Assembly: GCA_013239625.1 (NCBI GenBank)
Contig: MU053379.1
Location: 4,545,229-4,609,228, forward strand
From: Lama guanicoe
Lineage: Eukaryota
Length of the DNA stretch: 64,000 nt
Direction: 5' to 3'
The notes beneath the pieces were generated by a model. The model was not told the origin of the DNA. It searched no databases and was given only the letters and a program-made list of their open reading frames with translations. Shown one piece after another: positions 23,688 through 36,871 of this stretch (the first letter of the stretch is position 1; every line of letters begins with the position of its first letter). The translations under genes were made by a program, and so were the position numbers.

Positions 23688-24575
23688 TACTGCACAGGGT
23701 CACACAGACTCTCTGAGGAGGTGCAAGTTAGTCACAGGGTTAGTTTTCACAATACAGCCCTCCGCGATGGCATGAGGGGGCAGAGGCCGCGGCCGGGCCC
23801 CGACCCGGCTCCCCGTGGGCGGGCGGGCGGCCACGGGAGGCATGCTGGGCCGCCGCATCCCCCAGAGCGCCCTGGTGCTGGGGATCTAACGCGTGCTATC
23901 GGAGGAGACGACAGATGCACACACGGGTAGTGAGACCGTCACATGTGGTCACGACTGTGCAAAATACTGGTTTAAAAGCATTAAATGACAAAAGAGCTCA
24001 CACAAGGTATTAAAACGTTGCCACAAAAAGCTAAGCTTTCCTGTAAGAAATTTTAACTCACTTTATCAATTTGCTAAAACACAGAGACTGTAACATAAGC
24101 AGTCATCACACTTCATTCACGAACAACGGCCCACAAACCCTGGAACACTAACCCGGGCTCTGAGTCACAGCCACGCCTGCCACGAGCAGCGTCCGAGGAG
24201 GGAGGTCCGGGTCCCGCTCCCGCTCCCGGGCTGTTGCTCCTCGCTCTCCTTTGCTGTCTGGCAGGCCTGCTGTGGCCGCTGCAATTAGTTACTCTCTTCA
24301 TGTAAAACATTAAAAACAAAAAACCTCAACCCCGCCACTGATCCCAGTGTTCATCTCAATCCACATCACCCCGACTGACGTGACAGAATGCTGCCGAATC
24401 CGCGTCTCGGAACCACAGCCCTGCAGGGGGCGTCCGCAGGGGGCGGCGGAGACGCTAAGGGAGTAGCCGCAAAGACATCGCGAGGGGTTTGTTCTGCGCA
24501 GTCAGACCAGGAGCTCCTTCCAACAAGCGACACCGACGTCCAAGGTGAGCAATGGAGCAAGGCTGCACAGAAACG

Positions 24576-24635
24576 TGTGCAGTGCCACCTCCTGTGTCAC
24601 GTGGATGTGCAGTGCCACCTCCCGTGTCACGTGGC
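24576..24635. repeat. 30-bp tandem duplication in the NAPB 3' UTR
   Basis: TGTGCAGTGCCACCTCCYGTGTCACGTGGM x2. Confidence 0.9.
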
Positions 24636-25410
24636 AGGGAGTTTCACCTGTGTCAACACTGTCCTCCCAGGGCAATAAACACACATCAGACATAAAACAA
24701 GAGCACATCTAGGTACAGGGTCAACGTGTCACAGACGGGCAGGGCCCAGCATCCTAGGTCAACAGAGCACAGATATGAGCCAAATTAACAGGACAGAACC
24801 CAAGCCCACAGGCTGGACCAGTCTACCGGCACAGAGCAGGCTCTCCCGGAGGCGTGGGGCTCCTTCCTGGCTGGGCACACGGGAACCTCGGCACCGTGTT
24901 CACCCCACCGAGCCCGACACGCCCAGTAAGTGGACAATTCATGACACACTTTGCTATGCCTGACGTGAGTCCCCTGCAGCCCTGCTGAGCATGGACGTGA
25001 GGGGCGTGTGGGAAGGTGCAAGAGCACGAAGGGGGGGGACGAGCCACTGAGCCCCCCTGCGTCAGGGCGAGGACAAGCAGGACAGGAAGCCCCGACCTCA
25101 CGGAGCTGCGCGTGCGTGTGCGCGAGGGCAGCAGCCCCACCCACGCCTGTCCACACCTGGGCCGCCAGCAGACATGGCTGTTCCTGACACTCACGTGTGC
25201 GCTCAGTGTCCAGCACAACATAAAACCCACGGAAACTGGTCACTAGCACCATCAAAAGAATCACGAGAAAGCAAAGAGAAGAAATTTCCAACGAGGAAAG
25301 TCATCGATGATGCCTAACAGGTGTCCTGCGCTGCAAGCCACGTTCAGAGAACACATCCAGGCACAAGGTCACAGAGAAGCTGTAAAGCGTCTACAGAGCG
25401 GGGGGCTGGG

Positions 25411-25438
25411 GGCCAAGGCCAAGGCCAAGGCCAAGGCC
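25411..25438. repeat. (GGCCAA)4 microsatellite
   Basis: Direct reading. Confidence 0.9.
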
Positions 25439-25693
25439 GTCGGGTGAGGCAACATGAATCCACAGTGACACAGCGAGGCTCGGAAGCAGTTCTTAGAGCT
25501 CTGGGGACTCTGGCGGGTGGATGGTCCATCCCACCCGCCTGCCTCACAGGGACGCACGCAGCTGCTCACACACACGCACACACGCACAGCCGGGCTCGTG
25601 TGCAATGAAAACAAGCCATTGAGCGGGCACCCTGGCGTGGTCACGAGCCCAACACGGAACTCAGGAGGGCCGCAGCCGCCCAGGGCGCCAGCC

Positions 25694-25804
25694 TCACTTC
25701 AGGTCCCCGTCGCCCTCGCCGTCCCCCTGGATGGACTTCTTGATGCGAAGCAGCATGGTCGTGAGCCACTGGTCCAGGCGGGATATCGAGTCAAACTCCT
25801 TTAC
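25694..25804 (-). CDS. NAPB: NAPB exon 11 ([36 protein letters not shown]); total CDS 897 nt, 298 aa
   Basis: Beta-SNAP C-terminus. Acceptor AACCAG|. Confidence 0.97.
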
Positions 25805-26615
25805 CTGGTTCAAGGGCAGAGAACGGGGTGACTCCGTGGAAAACAACAGAAACTGCTGAATACTTCCACTGACGACCACTTTCACCTGCACTCCACTTTA
25901 TAACTTTCCCACCATCCCGCGACTGTTACGATGAAGTTAACGACACGCTCCCATAAGGACAGCAGACCCCGTCCAAGGCCGAGGCAGCGTGGAGGTCACC
26001 GCTGCGCCGATGCCTGCTGGACAGGGAGCGGGGACAGCAGACGCAGGGTGTGCGGGGGCACAAGCCCCCAGCCCCGCCCAGCCCCGCCCACCACCAAGGA
26101 CGGACGCACAGCCGCACAAAGGCCATTCCCACCGCTGCTCCCAAGCCAGGATGGATGAATGAATGAAGGACACTGAGAAATTCACTCAATTCTACACGTA
26201 AGATGGAAAAAGATGGGAAAACAGGAAATTGATGAATGTGAAAAAAAATTCCCATTTATTTTAGGCCAAGAATGTAACACACTCTCACTGCTTTGTTTTT
26301 ATGTTTGAAATTTAACTGATGAGATCTGACTGCTTTTACTTTACTGTTTAGGGATCCGATTATTTTCCAAAGGAAACACCCCAAGAAGTAACAGCCGCGT
26401 GTGACGTGCGTCTGTCTCACAGCTAACGCAGCGTGGCTCGCAGAAGGTCCGCCTGCGAGGTCCATGGGAGCTAAAAAGCACGCCTTTTGGAAAACACGCT
26501 TCGGTGAACCCCAGTGATGTCCAAAGGAATGCTCAGCATTTCCACAATGAAAAGAAAAAGGACCTTCTGTGACTTGAACCTTCAGGAAATGTGCTACTCC
26601 CAAAGGAGAACTTAC

Positions 26616-26666
26616 TGCTTCCGTGTAAGCCTCACTGTTCTGTTCTTCATGAGCTTCTAGGAGTTT
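26616..26666 (-). CDS. NAPB: NAPB exon 10 (KLLEAHEEQNSEAYTEA)
   Basis: CTCCAG| ... |GTAAGT. Confidence 0.96.
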
Positions 26667-26896
26667 CTGGAGCAAAAATATGGAAAAATCAGTTTGGCAG
26701 GTTAAAAAGGTCCACCCACGAGCACTTTACATACAGAAACAGCCTTGGTGTCGCCCTGACGCGCTGCCAGGTCCTCACGACGGGGACCGGCTCAGACACA
26801 GCCAAGGTGAGCCCGAGGAGGGGCGCGGCTCTGTGTGAGCACCCCCAGTGGCCGGCGAGAGCGCAGCGCCGGGACGGCCGGGCCCCACCCGCTCAC

Positions 26897-26965
26897 CTTC
26901 AGCAGTTTACATTCTCTTGAGTCAGTGAACGCTGGGAACATCTCCTCGTACTTCTCCAGAGCGAG
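26897..26965 (-). CDS. NAPB: NAPB exon 9 ([23 protein letters not shown])
   Basis: CCGCAG| ... |GTGAGC. Confidence 0.96.
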
Positions 26966-27433
26966 CTGCGGGGGAGACCACTCGTTAACCTCTGAGCCGC
27001 TGAGCCGGGAACCCGCGCTGACGTGCTGCGCACGCCGGTGCCGCTGACCGACGTGCTTCTCACGTGCACACGAGAACGCCGCCAGACGCTGCATCGGACC
27101 CACCCGTGTTCTTCCAACCACATATTCTGAACTTCCAGTTAAAAATAAACATCTAAACCAGTTCTTCTGAGTGAGGCTGCGCCAGAGAAGACAACATGCA
27201 CCAGACCTAATCTCAAGACCCCCAGACCAGGCGCCTGTTTCTCCCTGAGCAGACGCGTCTCCCCCACACCGCCCAGCCTCCCCGACGCCCGAGGGGCCTC
27301 CTCCTCCCAGGGGGAGCCCCGACACCGCCGACACTACGGCTGCACCGTCGCTGCGCCTCCCAGCCCTCAGCCTGCTTTTCATCTCTCCCCATCCTCACTC
27401 CAATTTCATCTCTGAGTTTGCAAAAAGATGTTA

Positions 27434-27597
27434 CGGGGAGAGGGGAGGCTGGCAGGGTAGAGCTCAGGAGTAGAGCACGTGCTTAATTAGCATGCACGAG
27501 GTCCTGGGTTCGATTCCCAGTACCTCTATCTAATTAGGCATTAGTAACCCTAATTACCCCCCCAAAACCCCCCAATTTTAAAAATAAAAATAAAAAA
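27434..27597 (+). mobile_element. tRNA-Ala(AGC)-derived SINE (camelid vic-1-like) with A-tail and probable TSD
   Basis: AGCTCAGGAGTAGAGCACGTGCTTAATTAGCATGCACGAGGTCCTGGGTTCGATTCCCAGTACCTC. Flanked by AAAAAGATGTTA and AAAAGGATGTTA. Confidence 0.85.
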
Positions 27598-27856
27598 GGA
27601 TGTTATTTTAGTTTTACTGCCTCCCCTCAGGCCTGGAATTTCTTTAAATCAAAACTATGAAGGGAGCGTGGTCCGGGGGCCTTAGTTTAAGGACAGGGCT
27701 GCGGCAGCTGCTGTGGGGACATCGCAGTTGGGACAGGGTCACAGCACCAGCGCTTAGGTCATGCTCCACGTGCCGGTTTGGTCTTGCTGTTGGCAAGGCC
27801 GCCCGAGGCCACACTCCCGGGTGACGCCGCCAACACCAGCACCGGCGGGCTCTCAC

Positions 27857-27961
27857 CTTGGCGTTCAGCTCGTCTACAATGAAGTGGCAGAGGGCGGCCT
27901 TGAAGAAGTAGTCCTTCGCACTGTACTTCAGCAACGGGTTGTCCATGGTGCTGGCCCCGAC
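27857..27961 (-). CDS. NAPB: NAPB exon 8 ([35 protein letters not shown])
   Basis: GCCTAG| ... |GTGAGA. Confidence 0.97.
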
Positions 27962-28899
27962 CTAGGCAGAGAGCAGGGTCAGCCTGGCCAGGGCCGCCTG
28001 CCGACCAAGGGCAGGCTGACATGCCTCTGCTCCTCGGGAAGCGCCCTGTGTCTCACGTGAAGTAAGCGAGGAAGTACATTCTTATGGCCGAATGTCATAA
28101 ACTGGAAACTGTTCTTAGACCAGAAGCAATATTTAACACATAAAGTGCTGACCTGATGAAAAATGACTTGGGCGACTTCCACATCCAGGCCGGAACAGAC
28201 ACGCCTTCCTGTCCCTCCTGTGAAAGGCAACTAAAGGCCCTGCTTCTGTCACGTGAGCTAGTGTCAGGGCTGGAAGGTGGGGGCAGAGCAGCCAGGGACA
28301 CACGGAGGACAGTGCCCTGGGCTGCCTTTTTCTTGCGTGATCTCTGACGTGGGACAGAACAAGCCAGCGACCCATAAACGGCAGTGGGTGGAGTGAGTCT
28401 GCCCCTCTGGCCAGAGGGCCAGGTGAGCAGGACAGAAAGCATCCACGCCGATGGCAAGCACTCCCCTCCAGCCACATTCCCGACAGCAACGCCCAAGAGA
28501 GACGAGACACCCCTCCCTGGGCCTCCCACTCAGGGACTCCAGGGCGGGAGCAGGAGCCCGCTGGCACCCCCTGCACCCCGCAGAGGCAGTGCAGACCACA
28601 CGGGGGCTGGGCTCCCTCCTCCCAGCAGGGCCGAGGCGCCCTCGCCTCCCAGCTGCGTGGCCCCAGGAGAGCCCAGTGCAGGGTGAACTCTACTGCCACC
28701 CGACAGTAAGGAGGCGGCAGGAGGGGAGCCTGAAGTGCTCCCCTAACCTGGCAGAAGCACGGAGACACCCCTTCCCAGCCAGAGTTGCGTCCAGGGAGCC
28801 CGCTGAGAGCAGAAGCCTAACAAAGCCCAGTCCCCTAACGCATCGTGAGAACACCCAGCGCTCAGCTGGAACTCCAAACACCAAAAGGGGAAGATCTCA

Positions 28900-31344
28900 A
28901 GCTGAATGAAAGAAAGACAACTAACAGATGACAGTTCTCAGTTAATAGAAACCCTGGAATTTTCTAATGAGGATTTCAAAGGAACCCTCCTAAAAATGCT
29001 TCAGCGAACCATCAGCCAAGTGCTTGAGACTAGAGTTCAAGCCACAGCATCAAGGAAGGAAGATTCTCAGCAGAAAACCCTAGAAGATACAAAGACGAAG
29101 CGAACAGGGACCTCAGAACTGAAAGGCACAATTAATGACCTAACAAGGGGATGACTTCAACAGCAGAACAGAGGGAACCGAGGAAGGAATCGACGACCTG
29201 ATGCGAGAACATTAAATCACAGTCCAAACAACAGAAAGAAGACAGAGGGAGAGAAAGGGCCCAGGGCCTCACAGCCTCCGTGATGATGAAACAAGGCTCA
29301 TCTGGGCTGAGTCCCGGGGGAGGCGGGCAGAGCGGCTAGGATACACTTGTAGAAATGATGGCTGAAAATTTCCTAAATTTGGCAAGAAACATAAACCCGT
29401 AGATTCTGGAAGTTCAGTGAAATACAAACGGCACAAAAGCAAAGACACCCATGCCACGTACACTTCTGGAAACTGAAGACAAAGAAGAGCATCTTGAAAG
29501 TGGCCGAGAGAAACATCAGCTCACTGAGCAGGAGGACAACCTGAGTGACAGCACACTTCTCATCGGAAACCACGCAGTCGTATGGGGCACATTCCTCCAA
29601 GCACTGAAAGGAGAGAGCTGTCAGCCCAGGGCCACACACCCAGGGGAAACACGCTTCAGGAACGAAGGGGAGGTCAAAACTCCCCCAGACGCAGGAGCAC
29701 CAGCAGACCTGCCCCAAACAGGAGGCAGAAGGCCGTTCTCCAAGCAGAAAGGAAACCCAGGAAGGAACCTGGGACGCCAGGAGTAAAGGGCCCAGTGAGC
29801 CAAAGACGGGAAACAAAACACACTTCTCTTCTCCTCCTGCACTTCCTAGATGCTGCTGAGACAGACACCACAAGGCTGACTGGGGGGGGCATGTGGAGGA
29901 AATATTCACAACATCGTATACTGAACATGGGAGGAAAAGGGATGGAAAGTAAGGTAAGATATCTGTATTTCCCTGGACTGAAAAAATGACACCACCATTA
30001 GCCTGGGACACGTTATGTAAATGCAGCATCTAACGCACTCACTCAAAACCTATTGGGTGATACACCCCAAACACTGCAGGTAATCCAGCACTAACTCCCT
30101 CGAAGGCAGGAAAAGGAAGCAGAAAAACAAAAAACAGAGCAAAAACAGAAAACAAAGAAACACAATGGCCAACTCCAACTCTAACACATCAATAATTACA
30201 TTAAGTGTGAATGATCTAAACATACCAATTAAAAGACAGAGATTGGCAAAGCAGATTAAAAATATGGCCTAACTCTATGCCGTCCACAACAAACTCACTT
30301 CAATTATAACAACACAGACAGACTGAAAGGAAAAGGACGCAAAAATACACATGATACAAACATTCACCAAAGGAAAGCAGGAGAGGCTGGATTACTGTCA
30401 CACAGACAGACTTCAGAGCAAGAAAATCACCAGAGACAGAAGGGAACACTGCATCATGACCGGCAGCTCACCAAGGAGACAGCAATCCTAAAACCTATGC
30501 AGCAGACAGAGCCGCGAAACACATGAAGCCCAGACCGACCGAGACAAGCGGCGGACAGATCCGCGGCTGCGGTCACAGACAGCACCCACCCCAACCGGAG
30601 AGGCAGACGGAGACTAGCAAGCACATGCGAGACCGCAACCCCGCCTCGGCCAGCGCCTGCAGAGCGTGCCGCCCAGCAGCAGCGAGGCCACAGGACGCGG
30701 GCCCAGACAGACTGGCTCTGCGCCGTAAGAGGAACCTCGACAAACGTGTGAGAACTGCAGTCAGAGTGTTCTCCCGCTACAACGGAATCAACCGGAGGTC
30801 AACACGAGAAAGACAGGAGGAACCTCTTCAAACACTTGGCAATCCAACAAGATGCTTATAAATAATCCATGAAAATCAACAAACATAATTTAATAAGTAA
30901 AAAAAAAGTAACAGAATTGTAAGACAGTCAAAGCAGCGCTCAGCAGGTAACTGACAGCACGAAAAATGCACACACGACAGAGGAAAATCTGTAAGCTAAG
31001 CTCCCACCCGCAACTCCCTAAAACAGAGCAAAATAAACCTGAAGAAAGTAGGATAGAAATCAGGGTAAGAGTAGGGATCAATGAAACTGAAAAATAGAGA
31101 AGACCACTGAATTCTACCAAATGTCTACAGAACGAACACCAGCCCTTCACAAGCTCTTCCAAGACACAGAAGAGGAGGGGATACTCGCCAACTCACCTGC
31201 AAGGCCAGCATCACCGTCTACCAAGCCAGACGAGGGCGTCACGAGAGAAAACTAAACACCCCTGTGAGTACAGACGCAGAATCCCTAACGAACACCAGAC
31301 AAGCAACTCCAGCTACTCACAGAGGGGGCTACACACCGTGGCTC
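28900..31344 (+). mobile_element. Decayed L1M (ORF1 and ORF2 endonuclease region)
   Basis: AATGATGGCTGAAAATTTCCTAAATTTGGCAAG (ORF1). ATAATTACATTAAGTGTGAATGATCTAAACATACCAATTAAAAGACAGAGATTGGCA (ORF2 start). No intact frame. Confidence 0.85.
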
Positions 31345-31800
31345 TGTGTTGTCCAAAGAGAGTCTTGCCTTTGCCCGGGATTCCTGGTAGGTGATCTCGA
31401 AGCCCTCAGAGCGTCCTGCCTGAGTGTTCCGTTTACCTGGGGGTCTTGGACAGTGTGGTTCGGCTCCACCCACGGAGGGGCTGGAGAACAAGGCCAGCCC
31501 CGTCCAGGTGCCTGGGCCCCAGGAAACCCTGGACACCAGGTCTGGGTGCCTCTTCCACGGCGACAACACTGCGTGCTCCACCCGCGGCCGCCCGCACAGC
31601 TGCAGTCGGGGAGGACACCAGGAAGCTCGCACTCAGGACTCCCCCAATCTGGCCCTCAGCACCTCTTCCTGGGGCTGATGTTACTCTGCAACCTTCTGCT
31701 ACAATAAACCGTGACTGTGGCCAGGCAGCTTTCACTGAGTTGAGTCCTTCCAGAGACTTGGAACCTGACAGTGCTCGGAGGAACCCCCAGCTGCTCAGCA
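31345..31800 (+). mobile_element. MER77/MER21-like ERVL solo LTR nested in L1
   Basis: TG...CA ends, AATAAA near 31703. L1 ORF2 sequence resumes colinearly after it (CCCAGGGACGCAAGGCTGG). Confidence 0.7.
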
Positions 31801-33620
31801 CTCGAGCAGGGCGCCTCCCAGGGACGCAAGGCTGGGCTGACACATGGAAACCAACCAACAAAGACGTGTTACTAGAACAAAGGACAAGCCCCACAGGATC
31901 ATCTCCCAGGATGCAGAAAAGCACTGACAAGACCCAACACGCTTGATGATGAGAACAGCACACCAGAAGAAGGTGAAGGGCAGCTGAACACCCCCAGCGG
32001 ACACTGCCCTCCACGGGGAGGCAGGAGCTCTCCAAGACAAGGACGTCTGCTCTCCCCACCTCACCCATCACTGTCCGGGGTCTCGTCAGGGCAAAGGACA
32101 AGAAGACGAAGTGAAAGGTGTCCAGACTGCAGATGAAAAGCTACTGCTGTGTGCAGGTGACGTGATTTTTCTATAAAGAAAAGCTTAAAAAAATTTTTTA
32201 AAAAAAAGCCCACCTCACTAGAGCTACTAAACAAGTTCAGCAAAGTTGCCGTATATGAATTAGTCCTTAAAATCTGAAAAGGAAGTTGAGAAAACAATTC
32301 CATCTAAACAGCATCAAAAAGAATAAAACACCTAGAGGAGCACAGCCCCCCGAGAAGGAGCGCCCGGCCTGCACGCCCCGGGGCCCCGAGACGCTGCTGA
32401 AGGGAATGAGGCGCCCGAAGCACAGACTGTCCACTCAATGGCAGTGAGGAGGAAACACTCTCCAAACTGGTCTGCAGAGTCCGTGTAACCCTCATCAAAC
32501 CCCAGCTTCTCAGCAGACTGACCAGCTGACCCCAACATTCACATGGAAACACAAGGAACCTCGAATAAGCAAAACAATCTTGAAAAAGAACAAAGTCGGA
32601 GGACTCACACTGGTTCCAAAGCCTACCACCCAGAGCTACAGTCATCGCACCAGCATGGTTCCGGCATAAAGACACACCACCGACCAGGGAACAGAGCAGA
32701 CAGCCCAGAAGTAAACCCTCACAGATGTGGTCGAGGAATTTCCAACAGGACCGTTCAACGGCCACAGGACAGTGTGTTCACCAAACGGCGCTGGGAGAAG
32801 TGGGCTGCCCACGCGGAATGCGGCTGGGCCCTTACCTCCACCGCACACACACATCAACTCATAACGGATGAAAGATTTAACCTAAGAGCTAAACTGTGAA
32901 ACTCTTACAATGAAACACAGGGTAAAAGCTTTGTGACCTCAGATTGGCAACGGTTTCTTGGGTATGTCATGAAAAACAAGCTACAAAAGAAAAAGTAGAC
33001 AGACTGAACTTCATCAAAATGTAAAACTTTACACATCAAGAAACACTAATACACTAATAACAGAGTCAAGAGGCAGCCCACAGAATGGGAGAAAACATTT
33101 GCAAATCACGTATCTGATAAGGGGCTAATACACAGAGCTGCTACAGCTCACACCAGGAGCAGCCCAACTCAAAGGCCAGCAGCGGACCTCAGCAGACCTT
33201 CCACCAGCCAAGGTGCACAGCGGCCAACAAGCTCAAGCAAAGAGTCTCAACGCTGCTAATCACCAGGGGAACAAATCTCAAAAGCGCAAGGAGGAGTCAC
33301 TTCCCACATCAGGGCAGCTATTATTGAAAAATAAACCAACCGGGAAACAGCAACTGTTGTGAAGTGTGGAGAGCTGGGACCTTGTATGCTGCTGCTGGGA
33401 ACGAAAAATGGTGCAACCTGCAATTTGCCAGGAAGTTACAGATGGACTTTCCACATGCCCAGCACCCCCAGTCCTCGGGACATAACCAAGAGCTGCAAAC
33501 GCCACCCCCAAAACCTGAGCGCAAATACTCACAGCAGCATTATTCCTAAGAGACCCAAAGTGAAAACAGCCCAAATCTCCCCTGGCTGATAAACGGTTAA
33601 ACTGTGGAGTATCAGTCGCC
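31801..33620 (+). mobile_element. Decayed L1M ORF2 3' half
   Basis: AAAACAATCTTGAAAAAGAACAAAGTCGGAGGACTCACAC and CAGCCCACAGAATGGGAGAAAACATTTGCAAATCACGTATCTGATAAGGG. Confidence 0.88.
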
Positions 33621-33933
33621 CCATGGTACCCTGGGGACTAGCTCCAGGACCGCCGGGTACAACATCTTCGGGGGCTCGAGCCCACCAGGCCTCCCCCCAC
33701 ACCTGAGGTTCCACGCCTGCGGTTCTCCCACCATGAGGAGGGGAGAGCGGTGTCTCTCCGCGACGAAGGAAAGGCTTTAGAATGAGGCAGTGGTGCCGGC
33801 TGCAGAGCTGCGAGCGGGCTACAACTCACTGACCTGCACTCCGAGGATGGAGGACACGACATGCGAATCACACTTCAACAAAAGTCAAAATTAAACACAA
33901 CGTTCAGGCACAGAGAGGACCGCAGCCGCCCAC

Positions 33934-34018
33934 CTGCTCGTAGATCTCGATGGCTCTCTGGTACTGCTCCAGCTGTGCGGCGTAGGCCGCCACCTTCAGC
34001 AGACACTTGTTCGCCGAG
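33934..34018 (-). CDS. NAPB: NAPB exon 7 ([28 protein letters not shown])
   Basis: TTGCAG| ... |GTGGGC. Confidence 0.96.
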
Positions 34019-34155
34019 CTGCAACCAAGACCAGGCAGGTTACGGCTCCAACACAGAGACGCCAAGAACGGAGAAGTCCGTCCACCACCCCAACCGTCCA
34101 GCCCAGCGCGCTCACACGCCAAAGCCACGCGACGACTCCGGGGAGTGGCACTTGC

Positions 34156-34211
34156 CTGTTGGACTCCTCCCCTTTGTAGTAATCAGCCGACTGCTCGTAA
34201 TGGGCGATTGC
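34156..34211 (-). CDS. NAPB: NAPB exon 6 ([18 protein letters not shown]), GC donor
   Basis: TTGCAG| ... AG|GCAAGT. The frame with exon 7 requires the GC donor. Confidence 0.94.
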
Positions 34212-36642
34212 CTGCAAACACACACGTGTTTTACTCAGACTGCGTGCTTGAAGAGCTGCGCTTAAAAACTGCAGTTGAACAGGGACTTTTCCTATAAACA
34301 AACCTGTCCAAACAGCAAACCTTCCACAACCCGGCCTCCTTTATTTTGGGAACGCAAGAAAGCACGCACTTCCAGGCGGCCAGTGGCCGACAGCTGCCCC
34401 ACGGCAAACGCCCAGCCTGCCGCTCCCCTCCCCGACGCTCCTCACCAAAGGATGTAAGCAGACCCGTAGACCTGCCGGGAGCCATCTCCAGACATGGCCC
34501 ATACACCGGAGTCCGCACCCTCCCCCAGGCCTCTTCCCTTCCCAGGAGGTGGAAGCCACAAACTGAAGGCGGCAGACCTTCTGTCCCGGTTCCCAGTAGC
34601 CACACAGGGCAGAACGTATTCAACCCAGTGTCCACACCACCATCCAACCCAGAGCAGCCACGGTGGGTCGTTCCTTTGGACCCACGGCTGCTACTGCTGC
34701 ACAGACGCCCCTCACGGACACTCTAATGTCGTCCAGAATCGGGGTGCCGCCTCCCACCCAACACGGCCGGGCAGGAGTGACGGTTGTGGGGGTGCAGAGG
34801 CTGCAGGCTGGGGAGCCAGAAGCCGCTCTGGCTGGGGTGTAGGGTTCAGCAAAAGAAAGCATCTGTCAAGTCGGAAAGCGGAACACGTGGCTGCCGGGGC
34901 AGAAACTCGGGAAAAGGCGCTAAGGGGCAGGTGACGGGCGTGTGGTTTTTAGTAAGGCTGGCAAGAGAACTCCGCAGAGCCAGCTGGTTTGCAGGCAACG
35001 ATGAAACGCAGGGCCTTGCAGGTGGGAAAGGCCCGTGGCGCCTGTCCCCACATGGGAGGGACAAGCCCAAACAGCGTTTAATCCGGGGTCCATGGACCTG
35101 TATGCAGAGGCCCGGGACTGCCCTCGACCTGCCGCCCCACTGGGCTCCCAGCGACAACACATGCGGGGACGGGCGCAGCTGTGCCCAGAGATTCAACCTA
35201 CGGACAGTGGACTTTCAACGCCGTATAGCTTTCCTGTGTCGTGAAATGCTTTTTCCCACCAGCAATTAAAAGTGTAAAGACTGTTCTCAGCTTGCGGGCC
35301 CAGGTGCCCTGGGGAGAGTGGCCCTACCTGCTCCACGGACCACAGGCCAGCTCCCCATTCAAGCCAGGACAGGGCACGGGGACGCTAGGAGCTGCACCAA
35401 GAGACCCCTCGGCTGGGTGGACGAGGTGCAGGGCCACCTCCGCAGCCACAGAGCCCGCCCGCCGTCTGGACCACAGGCACTGGGGCCAGTTTGTGAAGAA
35501 CAGACGCTTCCATGCTGAGCAGTGATGTCTGGGGCCTGCTGGGCAGCCGTGGAGCCCACTCTGATGAACTATCAGGCCCCACACGAGTTCTCTCGGTATT
35601 ACGTACAAGAGGAGAAAAACTGAAACCAATTTAGGTGGTTCCCTGTAATGGGCCACTGGACTAAGCTGAGAAGAATGATGGAAAGTACCAATACAGAAGG
35701 TTCTCGAAATGTCAAATAAAAAACAGCCATAAAAAGACACATACAAACACAGACACGTGGAGGAGACAGCTGGAGCCTGTCCCTCTGGAGCAGTCGGAGC
35801 TGCCACACACACAGACACAGAGACACACACACACACGGGACCCTGGCTGACACGCACACACCCACCAGCATGCAACACTAGCTCTGCACCAGCCAACACA
35901 GCCGCCTGCAAGGTTGTAAGCAGCGGGGACACACTGCTGACGAGGACCGCGAGGTGCAGACACACACAGGACACTTCGAGCCACCAGGACCAGGGAGCGC
36001 ACGGTGAGAGGGGGCAGACCCAGCCCCAGGCACCCGCACCATGGCGGGGAGGAGAGAAGGGACCAGCCAAGGGGGGTACATGCGGGGGCAAGGGTGGGCA
36101 GAGACCAGGTGGGCACAGTGCTCTGGGAGCCGAGGGAAAAGGTGCCACCGCAGAGGAGAAGTGAGGTGGGGTGGAGGTTGGGCTCTGAGCTCAGCGTCCC
36201 CACTGCCCACACACACCCTTCCTGACTCACACCTGCCGTCCACAGCAAACACTGTCCCAGGCTGAGCCAAGGCCAAAGTCTGGGCGACAGTGGCTCAGCA
36301 AAGTCCCCTCCCTCCTCTCCTGCTGCTCCTGTGAACCTCAGCTCAGGCAGTGACTTGAGGGACATGCAGAGTGAACCACCCCACCCAGGTCAGGGCCTGA
36401 TCTAAGGCATGTAATGCCCATCTGCCGTCCTCAGCCTCCCACAGGGCCATGCGGACGGGGCAGACGAGGGCCCTCGGAGGTAGGTTCTGACAGACACCAG
36501 CCAGAGCAGAGCACAGGTGGGCCTGGTCAGTCCGAACCAGCTCTCCTGCTTGGACACGCGCTCCAGGACAAGAGCCTCCCCACCCCAGGCCGAGGTCTCC
36601 CCGCAGCCCCACGAGGACGGCAGCCCTCTGGCCCGCACACAC

Positions 36643-36720
36643 CTTCTCGATGTCCACCAGCTCTGTCTCGTAGATCTCGGCGATGGTGATGTGGTGCTTG
36701 GCCGCGATGGTGAACCTGCC
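36643..36720 (-). CDS. NAPB: NAPB exon 5 ([26 protein letters not shown])
   Basis: CCCCAG| ... |GTGTGT. Confidence 0.96.
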
Positions 36721-36824
36721 CTGGGGAGGGACACAGGACGGTCACACCGGTCACGCCGGCCTACATGGCCGGAGCCATCTCCAGGGCTCCACCCCACAGC
36801 CGCTCAAGCAGGGCGCGCTCTTAC

Positions 36825-36871
36825 CATGTCTGTGTAAATGTCGATGGCTGCGTTTAAGCAGTTGATAGCCT
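36825..36871 (-). CDS. NAPB: NAPB exon 4 (EAINCLNAAIDIYTDM)
   Basis: CTTCAG| ... |GTAAGA. Confidence 0.96.

Noticed and set aside
25799-25807. AG|GT recursive splice site at the start of NAPB exon 11 (also GZF1 19770)
   Set aside because: The GT is simply the conserved Val/Gly codon, and the introns are short, unlike recursive-splicing introns.
27452-27525. tRNA-Ala(AGC) gene
   Set aside because: Anticodon-loop insertion (CTTAATTAGC), disrupted acceptor stem, A-rich tail and TSD indicate a SINE.
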